Assembly: GCF_006345805.1 (NCBI RefSeq)
Contig: NC_043006.1
Span: 81,654,001-81,718,000 of the forward strand
Reading direction: 5' to 3'
Origin: Octopus sinensis
Taxonomy: Eukaryota
Length of the DNA stretch: 64,000 nt
Positions 50,522 to 63,340 of this stretch are shown here, one piece after another (position 1 is the stretch's first letter; every line of letters starts with the position of its first letter). Under the pieces are notes generated by a model. The model was not told the DNA's origin. It did no database searches and was given only the letters and a program-made list of their open reading frames with translations. A program made the translations under genes and the position numbers.

Positions 50522-50720
50522 TTGAAATTTACAGAAAAACAAAAGACAAAGACAGGTGTATAAACAACAAACAGGTGTATTAGTTTGACGCTCGGGAAGG
50601 TGATAAAGTCTTGTACCTTTCTAGCCTACGCTCTTCAACAGAAAGGAACACGAAGAAATAAACAGAGATAATTTTTTAAAAATTGTGGATTTAACGGTCA
50701 ATCATAGCGACTGGTTGGAA
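50522..50720 (-). mobile_element. PLE-like repeat, third copy of the variant-hammerhead family
   Basis: Minus strand CCTTT-CTGTTGA-A-GAGC GTAG GCTA-GAAAG-GTA (decayed); abuts (TATG)n. Confidence 0.6.
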
Positions 50721-50931
50721 ATATATATATATATATATATATAAAGGGATTAAATTGGACTTTTTTCTAATGAGTTCGTTTGTTAGAATTATTTTGCCTT
50801 GCCCCTACATTGTTGCTCCCAAAAATAGTTGTTGGGTTTTTATTTTCTTTCTCCCATTTAGTAGTAAATATCACTCCATTAAAAATTGGTTTTCGAATGT
50901 CATTCAGTACATCAGTATTTACCTGATTTAT

Positions 50932-51085
<154 letters not shown>

Positions 51086-51875
51086 TATTCGTCTGTATTA
51101 GTATTATTGTATCTAGGTAGCAAGTTAGCTCACCTTCTCTTTTTCTGGGTGTCTTCTCTGAGCTCAATTCTGTTTCGTTTCCAATATTAGCATCCCTCTT
51201 TTTCTCTTTCTCTCTCTCTCTTTCTATCTATCTATCTATCTCTCTGTCTATCTATCTTTATCATACACACAAAGAATCATAAGTTCACTGTCTCTCTCCT
51301 GCCCCCCCCTCTCTCTCTTCAGTAACAACATATTTACAACCTGATCTTCCAAAGTGCCAGCAGGTTATTTAACAATCGCCATGATCTTTGGGTCGATTTA
51401 TGATAGCATCTAAAATGTTGTATTCATTTATCATGCATGATCGATCTTCTATCTGTTATTTACGTGAAGAACTTTCTTATCTATCAGAACCTTGGCAATT
51501 AAGACACCAATGGCTGCGGAGCCATAGATTGCACCTTCGCTTTCTATAATATAAGAGCCTTGCTGCTATCTGTAATATTTTTCCTTTCCTTTTTATATTT
51601 TATTTTTCCTAAACCGAGATTATTCCCTGATTTCCGTTAAATGAATAACAAATCAATTCACACTCCTATCAATACAATCATTGTGGTGATGTTGCAGTTA
51701 ACCGCGATAAAATTCGATCATTATTACTACCACTTCAATAAAAAGCCTTTGCTCTGAGTGCTGGTCCGTCAAAACTAATGGTTCTACGACGCTCTCGACG
51801 ATGAGTATTCAGTTGTTTGATCAAGTGAGCTGCCTGCTCGTTAAACAAACACGCAGGTGTTCCACGGACGCATAT

Positions 51876-52106
51876 ACCTATTTCTTTACTACTCGCAAGG
51901 GGCTAAACACAGAGAGGACAAACAAGGACAGACAAACGGATTACGTCGATTACATCGATCCCAATGCGTAACTGGTACTTAATTTATCGACCCCGAAAGG
52001 ATGAAAGGCAAAGTCGACCTCGGCGAAAGTTGCACTCAGTACGTAACGGCAGACGAAACACGGCTACGCATTTCACCCGGCGTGCTAACGTTTCTGCCAG
52101 CTTGCC
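51876..52106 (-). mobile_element. Family A SINE
   Basis: Near-consensus Meta domain and tail. Confidence 0.88.
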
Positions 52107-52199
52107 ACAGACACATATACCCTTGATGTTAATTCTCAGTGGAGAAATAGTGTAATTCAATACGTGGCAAATCTAGCTGGACCATTGAATTACGGATCT

Positions 52200-52532
52200 G
52201 AGACCCCTTCGGTCACGACACAGACCATGGGATTGCACCTAGAAAATTATCCTCTCAGGCACAACTCCGGTCAAGGTTGTTTATGGAAGACCAGAAGTCG
52301 TCCATGCATACCGGCTTCCCCTCTCCACGACACTAGTGTTATCCAAGGGAAAGGCAAGGGCCGATACAGCTTGGTACCTATGACGTCGTAACTCATTTCT
52401 ACAGCTGAGTGAACTGGAGCAATGTGAAATAAAGTATCTTGCTCAAGAACACAACACGCAGCTCGGTCCGGGATTCGAACTCACAAACTCATGATTGTAG
52501 GCTCGATGCTCTAACCACTGAGCCATGCGCCT
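52200..52532 (-). mobile_element. tRNA-derived SINE (family D)
   Basis: Reverse complement AGGCGCATGGCTCAGTGGTTAGAGCATC..GAGTTCGAATCCCGG..GTTGTGTTCTTGAGCAAGATACTT. Confidence 0.85.
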
Positions 52533-52901
52533 ACCCAAAGGGCTTTTATACGGCTTCTATTTGTCAAGTTTCCCTCACGAGGCTTGAGCCGACTCGAACT
52601 ATGGAAAAAAAACAACAATAAACAACACTCGTTTATGTCAGACTGTGGGATCGAACCCGAGATTTCGTTTTGGCGAAGCGAACTTCTTAACCTGTTGGCG
52701 CTTCTTCTTTCTGTAATATCCAGTTTAATTCCCAATGGGAAAGTCCTAGCTATGCAGGTTGTTGCTGTGAAGGAAAACGCATTAGTAACTGCCACATTAC
52801 ATCATTAGCACTCTGCTCTGACTCTAATGGTGTCCACCCAACTGTAAATATGTACTACTGAAAGAAGAGAAGCCGTGCAAGCAACATATTATTGATAAGT
52901 G

Positions 52902-53134
52902 TTAAAACTCTTCCGTAACACTATTTCTACTGGAATACATCATCTTTGTTTCAATTAATTTTTAAAATACGAGTAAAGAAAAATATATTAAAATATCTCT
53001 GCCATTATAAAACTGAGAGCATAGATTAACGTCATATTTTGGCGGAAGGTTTTAATTGAGTTCACTTCAGAACAAAATGTTTACATCATAGAACCAGGGG
53101 GCGGTCTCAGACGGGTTGGTAACGAGAGAGTTAA
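52902..53134. mobile_element. Possible decayed TTAA-flanked (piggyBac-like) MITE
   Basis: Ends TTAAAACTCTTCCGTAAC / GGTAACGAGAGAGTTAA. Confidence 0.35.
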
Positions 53135-53275
53135 ACTGTTTAAAGCAGTGAGTTCAAAAGATACCATCGGCTTCAAGAGAGGAAACGACTCGGTAACAGT
53201 TCATTATCAAAAGACACGTCTGAAAAGGGTGTCCCAATGAAAACTGATGCAGATATGAAGTTAATCAACCATCAC

Positions 53276-53337
53276 TTCCGCTGCCGCCGCCGCCGCCGCC
53301 ATCCTCACCAGCATCACCACTGCCACCACCGCCACTA

Positions 53338-53374
<37 letters not shown>

Positions 53375-53375
53375 A

Positions 53376-53408
<33 letters not shown>

Positions 53409-53413
53409 GCTGC
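53276..53413. repeat. Compound trinucleotide array (CCG)-(CAC)-(CTA)-(CTG)-(CTA)
   Basis: Direct. Confidence 0.9.
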
Positions 53414-53444
53414 ATATAAATGACCAGGATTACCGGTGTCACTA

Positions 53445-53815
53445 ATATTAATTTCGAATTTTGGCACAAGGCCAGCAGGTTTAAGGTTTTGGGTTGATTA
53501 CATGGACCCCAGTGCCCAAATGCTACTTTTTTTATCGGCCCTGAAAGGAGGAAAATCGACCTTGGAATTTGAACTCAGAACTCAAAGATGAAATACCTAT
53601 TTCTTTACCTACCCACAAAGGGCTAAACACAGAGGGGACAAACAAGGACAGACAAACGGATTAAGTCGATTATATCGACCCCAGTGCGTAACTGGTACTT
53701 ATTTAATCGACCCTGAAAGGATGAAAAGCAAAGTCGACCTCGGCGGAATTTGAACTCAGAACGTAGCGACAGACGAAATACCGGTAAGCATTTTGCCCGG
53801 CATGTTGACGATACG
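53445..53815 (-). mobile_element. Dimeric family A SINE (second monomer decayed)
   Basis: Same GAAATACCTATTTCTTTAC junction at about 53590-53610. Confidence 0.8.
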
Positions 53816-53847
53816 ATTCCACCGAAATATATATATATATATAAAAG

Positions 53848-54009
53848 TGCAGACATGGCTGTGTGGTTAGAAGTTTACTTCCCAACCGCAAGGTTCCGTG
53901 TTCGGTGCCACAGCAGAGTATCTTGGGCAAGAGTCTTGTACTATCGTCCTGGGTCGACCAATACCTTAAGAATGGGTTTGGTAGATGGAAACTGAAGCAA
54001 GACTATCGC

Positions 54010-54045
<36 letters not shown>

Positions 54046-54056
54046 ACATATGTACG

Positions 54057-54090
<34 letters not shown>

Positions 54091-54532
54091 CAAACTAAGT
54101 GCCATGTTTAAAAAATAAGTTGTTTGTTTCTTCTCGAGCCACGCCTGACTCATAGGGCCGGTTTCCCGGTTTCCTTGACGTATAGGTTCCCCACCTGGAC
54201 GGGACGCCGGTCCGTCGCAAGTTAGCTGAAAAATGCAGGAGGAAAGAGTGAGAGAAAGTTGTGGCGAAAGAGTCAGCAGAAGTTCGCCATTATCTTCTGC
54301 CGGAGCCGCGTGGGGCTTAGGTGTTTCGCTCATAAACACACACATCGCCCGGTCTGAGATTCGAACCCGTGATCCCTCGACCGCGAGTCCGCTGCTCTAA
54401 CCACTGGGCTATGTGCCTTCACTTAAAAAATAAATAGTTGGGTTGAATCGTTCGACTACACTCTTCAGGGCGGTGCACCTGCATGGCCGCAGCCTAATGA
54501 CTTAAACAAGTAAAAAGATTAAAGATTAAAAG
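53848..54532 (+). mobile_element. Family B SINE interrupted by a family C SINE
   Basis: Head 53848-54010; tail 54440-54532. Confidence 0.75.
54119..54422 (-). mobile_element. Family C SINE with 11-bp TSD
   Basis: tRNA head; TTAAAAAATAA at 54108-54118 and 54423-54433. Confidence 0.85.
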
Positions 54533-54930
54533 AACAATTAATACATGTCTGTTTTATTCTAGCCAACCGTTTTAGGTTATATTCTTTACACAGCATTTAC
54601 CACCAATACCGGAAATGACGAAAGGGTCAGCAGGTGTAGAAAAAAACTGTGAATCCCACTGTGGTGAAGGAAAATGGTTGTCCAAACTATAATCGTAGTT
54701 ATCAATAGAAATATAGTTTACACTTTGAGGGTAAAGCAGTGCTGCACGCAGGAATATATGTTAATCTTGTAATATGGAATTCATATAAATGTAACAACAT
54801 AGCCGTAATACCGTGCTTAACTGAAAATACATTAAAATATCGTTAAATAACGCCCACCGTGCAACCAAATTCGATTAATTACACAGTCCTAATAATAACA
54901 TAATCAGAATCGATGTGTATATATGTGTAT

Positions 54931-54964
<34 letters not shown>

Positions 54965-55037
54965 TGTATGTATGTATGTATGTGTATATATTATGCATGT
55001 GTACGACTGTAAGTTTGTATATGTATATAATATATGC

Positions 55038-55090
<53 letters not shown>

Positions 55091-56183
55091 ATAGTAATAT
55101 AAATGCGTGTATGTGTTTATAATTGCAATGCATATATGGCTAGATAGATGAGGTGATGATAGATGGGCAGATACGTAGAGGCATAGGCTAATCTCTGATC
55201 TCGGTGTTTCATGGCATTAAACAAGCCATAAATAACTCAGTTGTATATGCAGTTTGCTGTATAAATTTATAATTATCCTCTCCAAACCCTTTCTACAAAC
55301 ATAGTGCTAAAAGAAAGGATATAGCCAATTAAATTAATACTTCAGGGTTAATTTATTTTATCAACGACACTCAACAAACAGAGTTGTCTTCACTCGTGGA
55401 ACTTAAATTCAAACTAGAGAAGTAATGAAACGAAATCGTATAAAGCTTCGAAAACATTGTTCTTGGACAGGACCTCTACGTCGGGATTTTTGTATCGTTT
55501 TATGCGTCTAACAATCTTTAGTTTCTGGGTGACTAATAGCTTGTGAGTTAAAATTCGGTTGACGGAAACTGAACAGAAGGCCATCATACACTCAGTTGTG
55601 CACACATGTACGCGCACAGGCATATTCATCAAATCATGGAGTCCACAGAACGGACTTAATACAGCGACATACATACGTGTGTATGTGTGTGTGTGTGTAT
55701 TCAAATATGAGTTAGAAGTAGTTCGAAGAATATAAACAATATCGAACGCAAATACACAAAGTACATGCTTTGCTATTTCGTGGGTACCTGCGCTTACGCC
55801 GACGTCTAAGTTCAAGGGCAAGTCTATCACCTCATTGGTTCCCTGTTACCCAGAAATGAACAAACACAGTTCCTCTAAATTTACTTTATGCGTGATGTAG
55901 GACAACAAACCTGAAGGAGGTGTTAAAATTTCAGATGATGGGTCCGGTTAGACACATCGCTGACTGATTTTCGGTGCGTTCAAAAATCACATAACCCCCA
56001 CCTCCGATTTTCCTTGACAACTTAGGGCCTGAAATACTCCAAACGGACGCATAGCATGTTGCTTAGTCGAATTAGCCCAGCAGTTACTCCACAAAAGTTT
56101 TGTCAATGCTGCCCTTTCCCATATCACCTGTTTCAGCATAACTGCAATATATTATATACAAACTATGACATTTTACAAACTAT

Positions 56184-56211
56184 CCCGAACAACACCGGGT
56201 ATCGCTGCTAG
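56184..56211 (+). mobile_element. Helitron-like 3' terminus
   Basis: Hairpin CCCG-AACAACAC-CGGG followed by TATCGCTGCTAG|T; 5' end not located. Confidence 0.55.
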
Positions 56212-56284
<73 letters not shown>

Positions 56285-56459
56285 TAATATATATACTTGT
56301 TGAACTTATGATTTGTAACATTTTCTTTTTTGCATCAGACATTCCATTTTACTTTACTTTTGTCTACTCAAGTGAAACGTGTACCAGCTGAGTACTGGTA
56401 TAGGGCATTCCCTTAAGCTGGTACATACTGAATGTTCTATTGGATCAATGATATATCAA

Positions 56460-56597
56460 ATAGTACTTAATTTATCGACCCCGAAAGGATGAAAGGCAAA
56501 GTCGACCTCAGCAGAATTTGAACTTAGATCGGATGGTCGGACGAAATACGCTACATATTTCGTCCATCGTGCTAACGATTCTGCCAGCTTGCCACCT
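56460..56597 (-). mobile_element. Family A SINE (partial)
   Basis: Meta domain plus head. Confidence 0.8.
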
Positions 56598-56647
56598 TCA
56601 TAATAATAATGATGATAATGATGATGACGATAATAATAATGATTATG

Positions 56648-56691
<44 letters not shown>

Positions 56692-56733
56692 AATAAATTA
56701 ATAGAATTAACTTTCATCTTTCTTTTCTTTCAG

Positions 56734-56814
56734 TTTGGAGGAAGAGTGACACAGATTTAGAAGAGACAGAAAAGAAGTTCATTCCACAGTTGCTGAAGAC
56801 TCAGTATCTAAAAG
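56734..56814 (+). CDS. Candidate 81-nt phase 1-1 internal coding exon (xWRKSDTDLEETEKKFIPQLLKTQYLK), protein unidentified
   Basis: ttaactttcatctttcttttctttcag acceptor, only one open frame, AAG|gtaact donor (alternative gtaaga donor at 56822); unique, purine-rich sequence. Confidence 0.5.
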
Positions 56815-56970
56815 GTAACTGGTAAGAGATCTTACCTTATCATATTTGAAGGCGGTACTGTAGCATGGCTCTAACCTCAGTTGACTAAAACAAGTTATTG
56901 AACTAAAGATAAGCTACACAACTGAGGATTTTCACAACTAAAGAAAATTCAGTAACATATATATATATAA

Positions 56971-57004
<34 letters not shown>

Positions 57005-57060
57005 AAGGAAAAGATTAAGAGGTTTCACACAAGTAAATTCATATTAAAAAACAGATAGCT

Positions 57061-57247
57061 TTGAGAAATTTTCATAGAAAACAAGAAAAAATATTACATT
57101 CCTATCAAAATGTGCTACCGGTTTCAGTCGTTTCAAGACCACTGATTTACAGCTTGATGAAATTTCTTAAAAATGATTGAAACCGGTGGCGCATATTTTG
57201 ATAGACGTGTAAATATTCCTTTCGTTTGTTCATAATAAAGTTCTCAA
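57061..57247 (+). mobile_element. Inverted-arm PLE-like remnant with degenerate hammerhead
   Basis: Arms 57061-57138 / 57166-57247; TTGATGA(57154)..GAAAC-CG-GT(G/A)-GC. Confidence 0.5.
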
Positions 57248-57308
57248 TGCATATCCTTTTTATGTTTATATATATATGTATGTATGTGTGTGTGTGTGTT
57301 TTATCTAT

Positions 57309-57370
<62 letters not shown>

Positions 57371-57785
57371 ATAATGGGTATAGAGGTAATGGTGTCATTG
57401 TAATTGAGACTCAAAGTATCAGGTAATGCTAAATAAGGGCTATAGATAGACCGCAGTTAAGTTCCAGGTTCGGTGATTATGCGAATAACGGGTTCAACGG
57501 AGGTCATATGTCAGCGTGTGTAGATATAAATTTTCTTTCGTAATGAGATAAAAAACCAAGACTATGTAGATTTTGGAACATTTATAGATAGATAGAAGAA
57601 CATAAATCTACACAGCCTTGGCTTTTTTTTATCTCATTACGAAAAAAATGTATATATATATATATATGCTTATAATAACCCCATTTGATTTATATGGATA
57701 ATACCATACAAAATTCTGGTGCCTTTAACTTAAGTGCCATATTCATCTGAATCTAAATTTTGCTGAACTTGTATGTATGTTGTAT

Positions 57786-57864
<79 letters not shown>

Positions 57865-58342
57865 TGTAGTTCAAAAAGGAACATGTCTTTGGTCGGCACT
57901 CACCCAAGGTGCCACGCAGTGAGACTGAACTCGGGACCATGTGGTTGGGAAGCAAGCTTCTTACCATACAGTCATGGCTGCGCCTATATTACTGGTGGGA
58001 TTCCGCTATACGTATATGCATGAGGAGCAAATCAACTCTACATGTTAATCATAAAATGTAGTCAGTATTATTATTGTCTGGAACTACCGGTTGTTCTAAC
58101 CCACAGTATCTATTTTCAGCTAGGAGAAATTCGGATAATTCAGTAGCCCCATCACAACTTTGAGCAAGTTAATTTGATTAGAACTGATTCCAAGTGTCTG
58201 AACAAAAGTTTAATATAATGAGTAAGATTTCCAGTCATTATACGCATTGTAAACATTAATTTGCACTCAGAAAATACATCCAGCCAACTGTTAGGCTCTT
58301 ACGTATCTGCGTCTCTCCTTATTTAAGAAACTCTTTCTTTTC

Positions 58343-58407
58343 AGATAGAGACAAACAGGCAGGCACACAGACAGACAAACAAACAGATAGGTAGGTAGGT
58401 AGGTAGG

Positions 58408-58439
<32 letters not shown>

Positions 58440-58509
58440 GATAGATAGATAGATAGATAGATAGGTATATAGATAGATAGATAGATAGATATGTATGAGT
58501 TAGGTAGGT

Positions 58510-58581
<72 letters not shown>

Positions 58582-58600
58582 GCAGACAGACAGACAGATG
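58343..58600. repeat. (AGAC)/(AGGT)/(AGAT)n tetranucleotide array
   Basis: Direct. Confidence 0.95.
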
Positions 58601-58654
58601 TTTAAAAATTGATAGAAATTGCTATTCTGATAATTTTTTTTTCTCTTTAATAAT

Positions 58655-58828
58655 GAATGCTTAGCGGTATTTCCTCTGTCTTTACGATCTGCGTTCAAAT
58701 TCCGCCGAGGTCGGTTTTGCTTTTCATCCCTCAGGGTCAATAAATTGAGTATCGGTTGCATACTGGCGTCAATCTAATCCACTGGCTCCCTCCCCAAAAA
58801 CTTTGGGCCTTGTGCTTAGAGTAGAAAA
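58655..58828 (+). mobile_element. Family A SINE (5'-truncated, short-tail type)
   Basis: AATGCTTAGCGGTATTTC..TTCAAATTCCGCCGAGGTCGG..GGCCTTGTGCTTAGAGTAGAAA. Confidence 0.8.
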
Positions 58829-58920
58829 CATTATTATATTTGGAGATGTTTATAAGTTTACAAAGGTAACTCTGATAGGAGTTTGAAATATATAATACTG
58901 GACATTTATTTCTTATTCTA

Positions 58921-58969
<49 letters not shown>

Positions 58970-59160
58970 TATATATATGTATGTATGTATGTATGTATTT
59001 GTATGTATGTATGTATTATGTACGTATGTACGTACGTACGTACGTACGTAATGTATGTATGTATGTATGTATGTATGTATGTATGTATGTATGTTGTATG
59101 TATGTATGTATGTATGTATGTATGTATTTATGTATGTATGTATGTATTATGTAGTTTTAT
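58921..59160. repeat. (TA)n-(TATG)n-(TACG)n array
   Basis: Direct. Confidence 0.95.
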
Positions 59161-59943
59161 GTAGATTGGTTAATAAGTTTCGGTAAGGCTGCGTGTAGCA
59201 AGTTAAGCAAAAGTTGGTTGGTTGGTTGAAAGGTAAAAGGCTACCTTTCAAGAAAAACAGCGTGTTACATAGTTGGTAATTTCAAGTTGCTTTGATATAA
59301 ACTGACAGACAATGATTTATATTTATCATAGCTTTTACTTAACCGTTAATAGGTTTAGCACAACTGCTAAGAGTCGGGAGTCATATATGTATGTATGTGT
59401 GTGTGTGTGTGTGTGTGTGTTAGCTTTGCTAGTGGATATCTTGTAGTTGCAATGAGATTAACACTAATCGTTTTGGACGGGGATGATAGTGACTTAAGAG
59501 GTTTACTATTGGTGACAATGAGAAAGAGAGAGAGAGAGAGAGGAGAAGAGAGAGAGAGAGAGAGTGGACAAGAAGTTGACTGTTTGACATCGCTGGTTAA
59601 AAAGGGAATAATGGGGGTCATGTATTTATATCAGTACTAAAACTGAAGTAGGTCAATGGCAATGGAGACTGAATAAAATGGCACCAATTTGACAGGTAAC
59701 ACTGATGATTCTGAGCGCAAACTCCGAAGACAATCAACAGAAGCATATAGACGCATTCAGACCGTGTGTTTGATTCCTGGATGCGAATTCAACTTATTTT
59801 CGAAACATATATGGAAGGAAAATTTGTGAAATGCAGTCAAATTGATCTTTGCAATAAATTTGATTTAACTCTCACTATAAAGTCACGCCATCTGTAAATG
59901 CTTAGTAGTTATCCTTAAAAGTGGTTTAAAATAAATTTATGTA

Positions 59944-60336
59944 AGGCGCAGGCGTGCCTGTGTGGGTAAGAAGTTTGCTTCCCAATCAAGTAGTTATGGG
60001 TTCAGTCTCACTGCGTGGCACCTTGGCCAAGTGTCATCTACTATAGCCTCGACAGGCCTAAGTTTTGTGAGTATCTTTGGAAGAGGTAAAGTGAAAGAAG
60101 GCCGTCGAATGTGTGTCTGTATGTGTGTGTGTGCACCTGTGTGTACGAGTGTGTGTGCGCGTGTGTGTAATTGTGTGTGTGTGTGTTTGTGTACGTGTGT
60201 GTGTATGTCATCGCATCTGTGTTTGTTTTCCACTGCTTGATAAACGATTTTCGTCCTCGTAAGTTAGCGGTTCGGTGCAAGAGATCGATAGAATAAATAG
60301 CAGGCTTACAAAGACTAAATACTGGAGTCGATTCGT
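59944..60336 (+). mobile_element. Family B SINE
   Basis: AAGGCGCAGGCGTGCCTGTGTGGGTAAG..GGCACCTTGGCCAAGTGTC; expanded internal (TG)n. Confidence 0.8.
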
Positions 60337-60938
60337 TACATATGTGTGTGTGTGTTTGTGAGTGTGTGAGCGCAACTTTGTGTGTGTGTGTGTGTGTGTG
60401 TGTGATATGTCTGGGAAGTTGTTATAGGTAATGATTGCTGCTTCTTTTCTGAATATTGCCATCCTTTCAAAAGTCATCGATAAATACTCGGCTGTGAGCA
60501 CGTAGGTAGCTTTCAAACCCCATCCCACACCTGTATGTTTCCTCACAAATATGGCACTGTAAGCAAATATCGCAGCCCTAATCATATTTCGGTCCTCCCG
60601 CATCCTTTTCACTAGTATTCCAAATGCTAAAGTGGCATTTTGAACTCTCTGATTTTCACATCAAGTGATCCGGCTTTACTGATACTTACTATGATGTGGA
60701 AATCTATCAACCACATTCAGTCGTGTGTCTTCAAGTGTTATGTTTGGCACTACATGAACCTCACTCAGATGACGAGTAAACATTCTTTTGCATTACTTGG
60801 CCTTTTGTGAGGTTGTTATGTTGTTATATATACGTGTATGTGTCTGTATGTATATACAGGTATTGCTTCTCTACACTATTCATTAACTACACACGCACAC
60901 GTACTCATGCACAAACACACACACACACACACGCACAT

Positions 60939-60996
<58 letters not shown>

Positions 60997-61102
60997 GTAT
61001 GTATATGAAGAAATATATATCTTATAAAGTATATCACACATTTCGTCCGACATATCCTTCCTTTCCATGTTACCGAAAACAGGATGTTTCCTGTATGATG
61101 TA

Positions 61103-61133
<31 letters not shown>

Positions 61134-61139
61134 CAAATA

Positions 61140-61345
61140 CAATAAGTAAATGGAGAAACAATTTAATTGGTTTATCAGCTTTAGGATATTAGAATATTTA
61201 GCAAAACGAGAACCTTAATAACGTACATATATACATTAAAATTCAATACATATAAGCTAAGAATACACTTATAAAAACCTTAATATGAATTATTGGAATC
61301 ATTAGAATCACTCTTACAGCTGTTTCAGCCTTTGGGAAAAGTAAT
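61140..61345 (-). mobile_element. PLE-like remnant retaining the 3' half of a hammerhead (61311-61330)
   Basis: Minus strand GGCT-GAAAC-AGCT-GTA-AGAG, same half motif as 32769-32788. Confidence 0.5.
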
Positions 61346-61392
61346 TTTTTATGCTCTTACAAAAAGAGGTTGTATGCAGTTAAAAATTATAT

Positions 61393-61441
<49 letters not shown>

Positions 61442-61726
61442 TGTATGTATACACACACACACACTCATACATACATATATATCGCATTCACCTTCGAAAC
61501 GTAGAGTAGATGAAACCATGGCGACTGAAGAAGGGGTTTTTTCCTTGTGTTATTTGTCCTGTACTCTATTTTTTGTTGTTTAAGAAAAATGTCTAGTTCC
61601 TTGGGTTTGTGTCTATGTTTTCTTTTCTCATTGTGTTCGACGTTTTTTTTTTTTGGTGTCCTGTACTCATATATGCGTGTATATATACATGTAGAGGTAG
61701 ATATATATATAGATATAATATATTAG

Positions 61727-61779
<53 letters not shown>

Positions 61780-61899
61780 TATGTATATATATATATATAT
61801 GGGAGTACACATTTTGAGCATACATAATCCATAGAATGCATTATGGCGTATTCATTGATCAAACAGTCAAGACACGCATTGGAATAAATGCATGTATTT

Positions 61900-62270
61900 G
61901 TCTATTCTCTTAAGGAAACGGTGAAGTTTGTAAGTGTAAAAAGGGCTATGATCTATAGGACTGAGACATGGTAACGAATGATTACGAAGCAACAGGTGAA
62001 GGAACTTGGAAGTATAGAAATGGTTTGGCTATTAAGCGGGGTACCGCTGAGTGATAGGAAGACAAACACTGAATTTCAGAGAATGGTGAGCATTGACCTA
62101 GAGTGGGATGCTGGAAAGAGAAATGGAATAAGAGAGCTAAGTAATGTGTTGAGAAAATATGCAGGTGACTGGGTGTTAGTTGTGATGGAAATGAAAGTGA
62201 AAGGATGTAACGGAGATGGGGAAGACTGAGAAAGATAAATGATAAAGATGTTGAAGAAGGAAACGAAAAC
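61900..62270 (+). mobile_element. RTE-clade LINE 3' fragment
   Basis: MIYRTETW..ITKQQVKELGSIEM..LSGVPLSDRKTNTEF...NVLRK..DWVLVVMEMKVKG matches RTE YGSETW..EM..G....DRK.N.E..HVLR...WV...M..V.G. Confidence 0.75.
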
Positions 62271-62279
62271 AAGATAACT

Positions 62280-62850
62280 TTATCGTTTATCTTTTACTTC
62301 CTTCAGTTAAAGGGCTGTGGTCATGCTGGGGCATCGTCTTACAGGATTAAGTCGAACCAACTGACCCCAGTCCAGTACTTAATCTCTTGGTCTCTTTCTC
62401 GAACCACAAATTTACGGGGTTGTAAATTACCGGTTGTCAATCAGTGGTGGGACGAAAATAAACACTAACACACACACACACACACAAACACTAACACACA
62501 GACGCACGACTGTGCGCTTATATATACGTTCTGAGTTCAAATTCCGCCGAGGTCGACTTTGCCTTTCATCCTTTCGGGGGTCGATAAATTAAGTACCAGT
62601 TACGCACTGGGGTCGATGTAATCGACTTAATCCGTTTGTCTGTCCTTGTTTGTCCCCTCTATGTTTAGCCCCTTGTGGGTAATAAAGAAACATATATATA
62701 TGACGGGCTTCCACACAATTTCCGTCTACTAAATTCACTTACAGAACATTGGTCGGCCCGGGAATCTACTAGAAGGCACTTACTCAAGATGCTGCGTAGT
62801 GAGACTCAACCCAAACCACGTGGCTGCAAGGCCAGACTTTTAACCAGACT
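62280..62850 (-). mobile_element. Family B SINE with a family A SINE (62525-62691, +) inserted in its internal microsatellite
   Basis: Tail 62280-62470, head 62700-62850; Meta domain between them in the opposite orientation. Confidence 0.8.
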
Positions 62851-63089
62851 TTTGCCTAATTAAGTGAAAAACGAAGTAATGTATAGAAATCTAAAGGAAG
62901 AAGAGGGTGACGGGACATAGAAGGTTAATTCTCCTGACTCTAACAGGAGAAAACAGCCTTAAAACACATCTTGTCCTTACTGTTGTGTCTGTTGTGATTG
63001 TTGTCATTCTTGGAGCCCGTGAATATATTTTCATGTGCCTGTTATTAGGAATGTGTAGAAGACAGGTTTGGCTTCCAATCTGGATGTTT

Positions 63090-63340
63090 TTCAGATCTAT
63101 CATATACTTTCCTCACATCTCGTTCGCTGCCCTATTTTAATTCTTTTGCGGTCTGTCAGGTTTTTCTTTGGCATCTTATCACGCATCCTCTGGACGTGAT
63201 CAGCCCATTTCTGTTTATCTCTTTCGAAGATGTCATTTATTTTTGTTTGCTTTCGGATCAAATCAGTTTTTTTTTTTTTTTTTCAATGCTCCTTCCAGTT
63301 CATACCAAACATATGATCGTCGGGAGCATGTTGAGGTATT
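63090..63340 (-). mobile_element. RTE-clade LINE 3' fragment (second family)
   Basis: Minus strand MFGMNWKEH..LIRKQTKINDIFERDKQKWADHVQRMRD resembles RTE MLG....DR..N.WIR.QTKV.DI...KW.WAGHV.R. Confidence 0.7.

Noticed and set aside
53237-53467. Poly-R/H/Y/C and poly-V/A ORFs
   Set aside because: Compound trinucleotide microsatellite.
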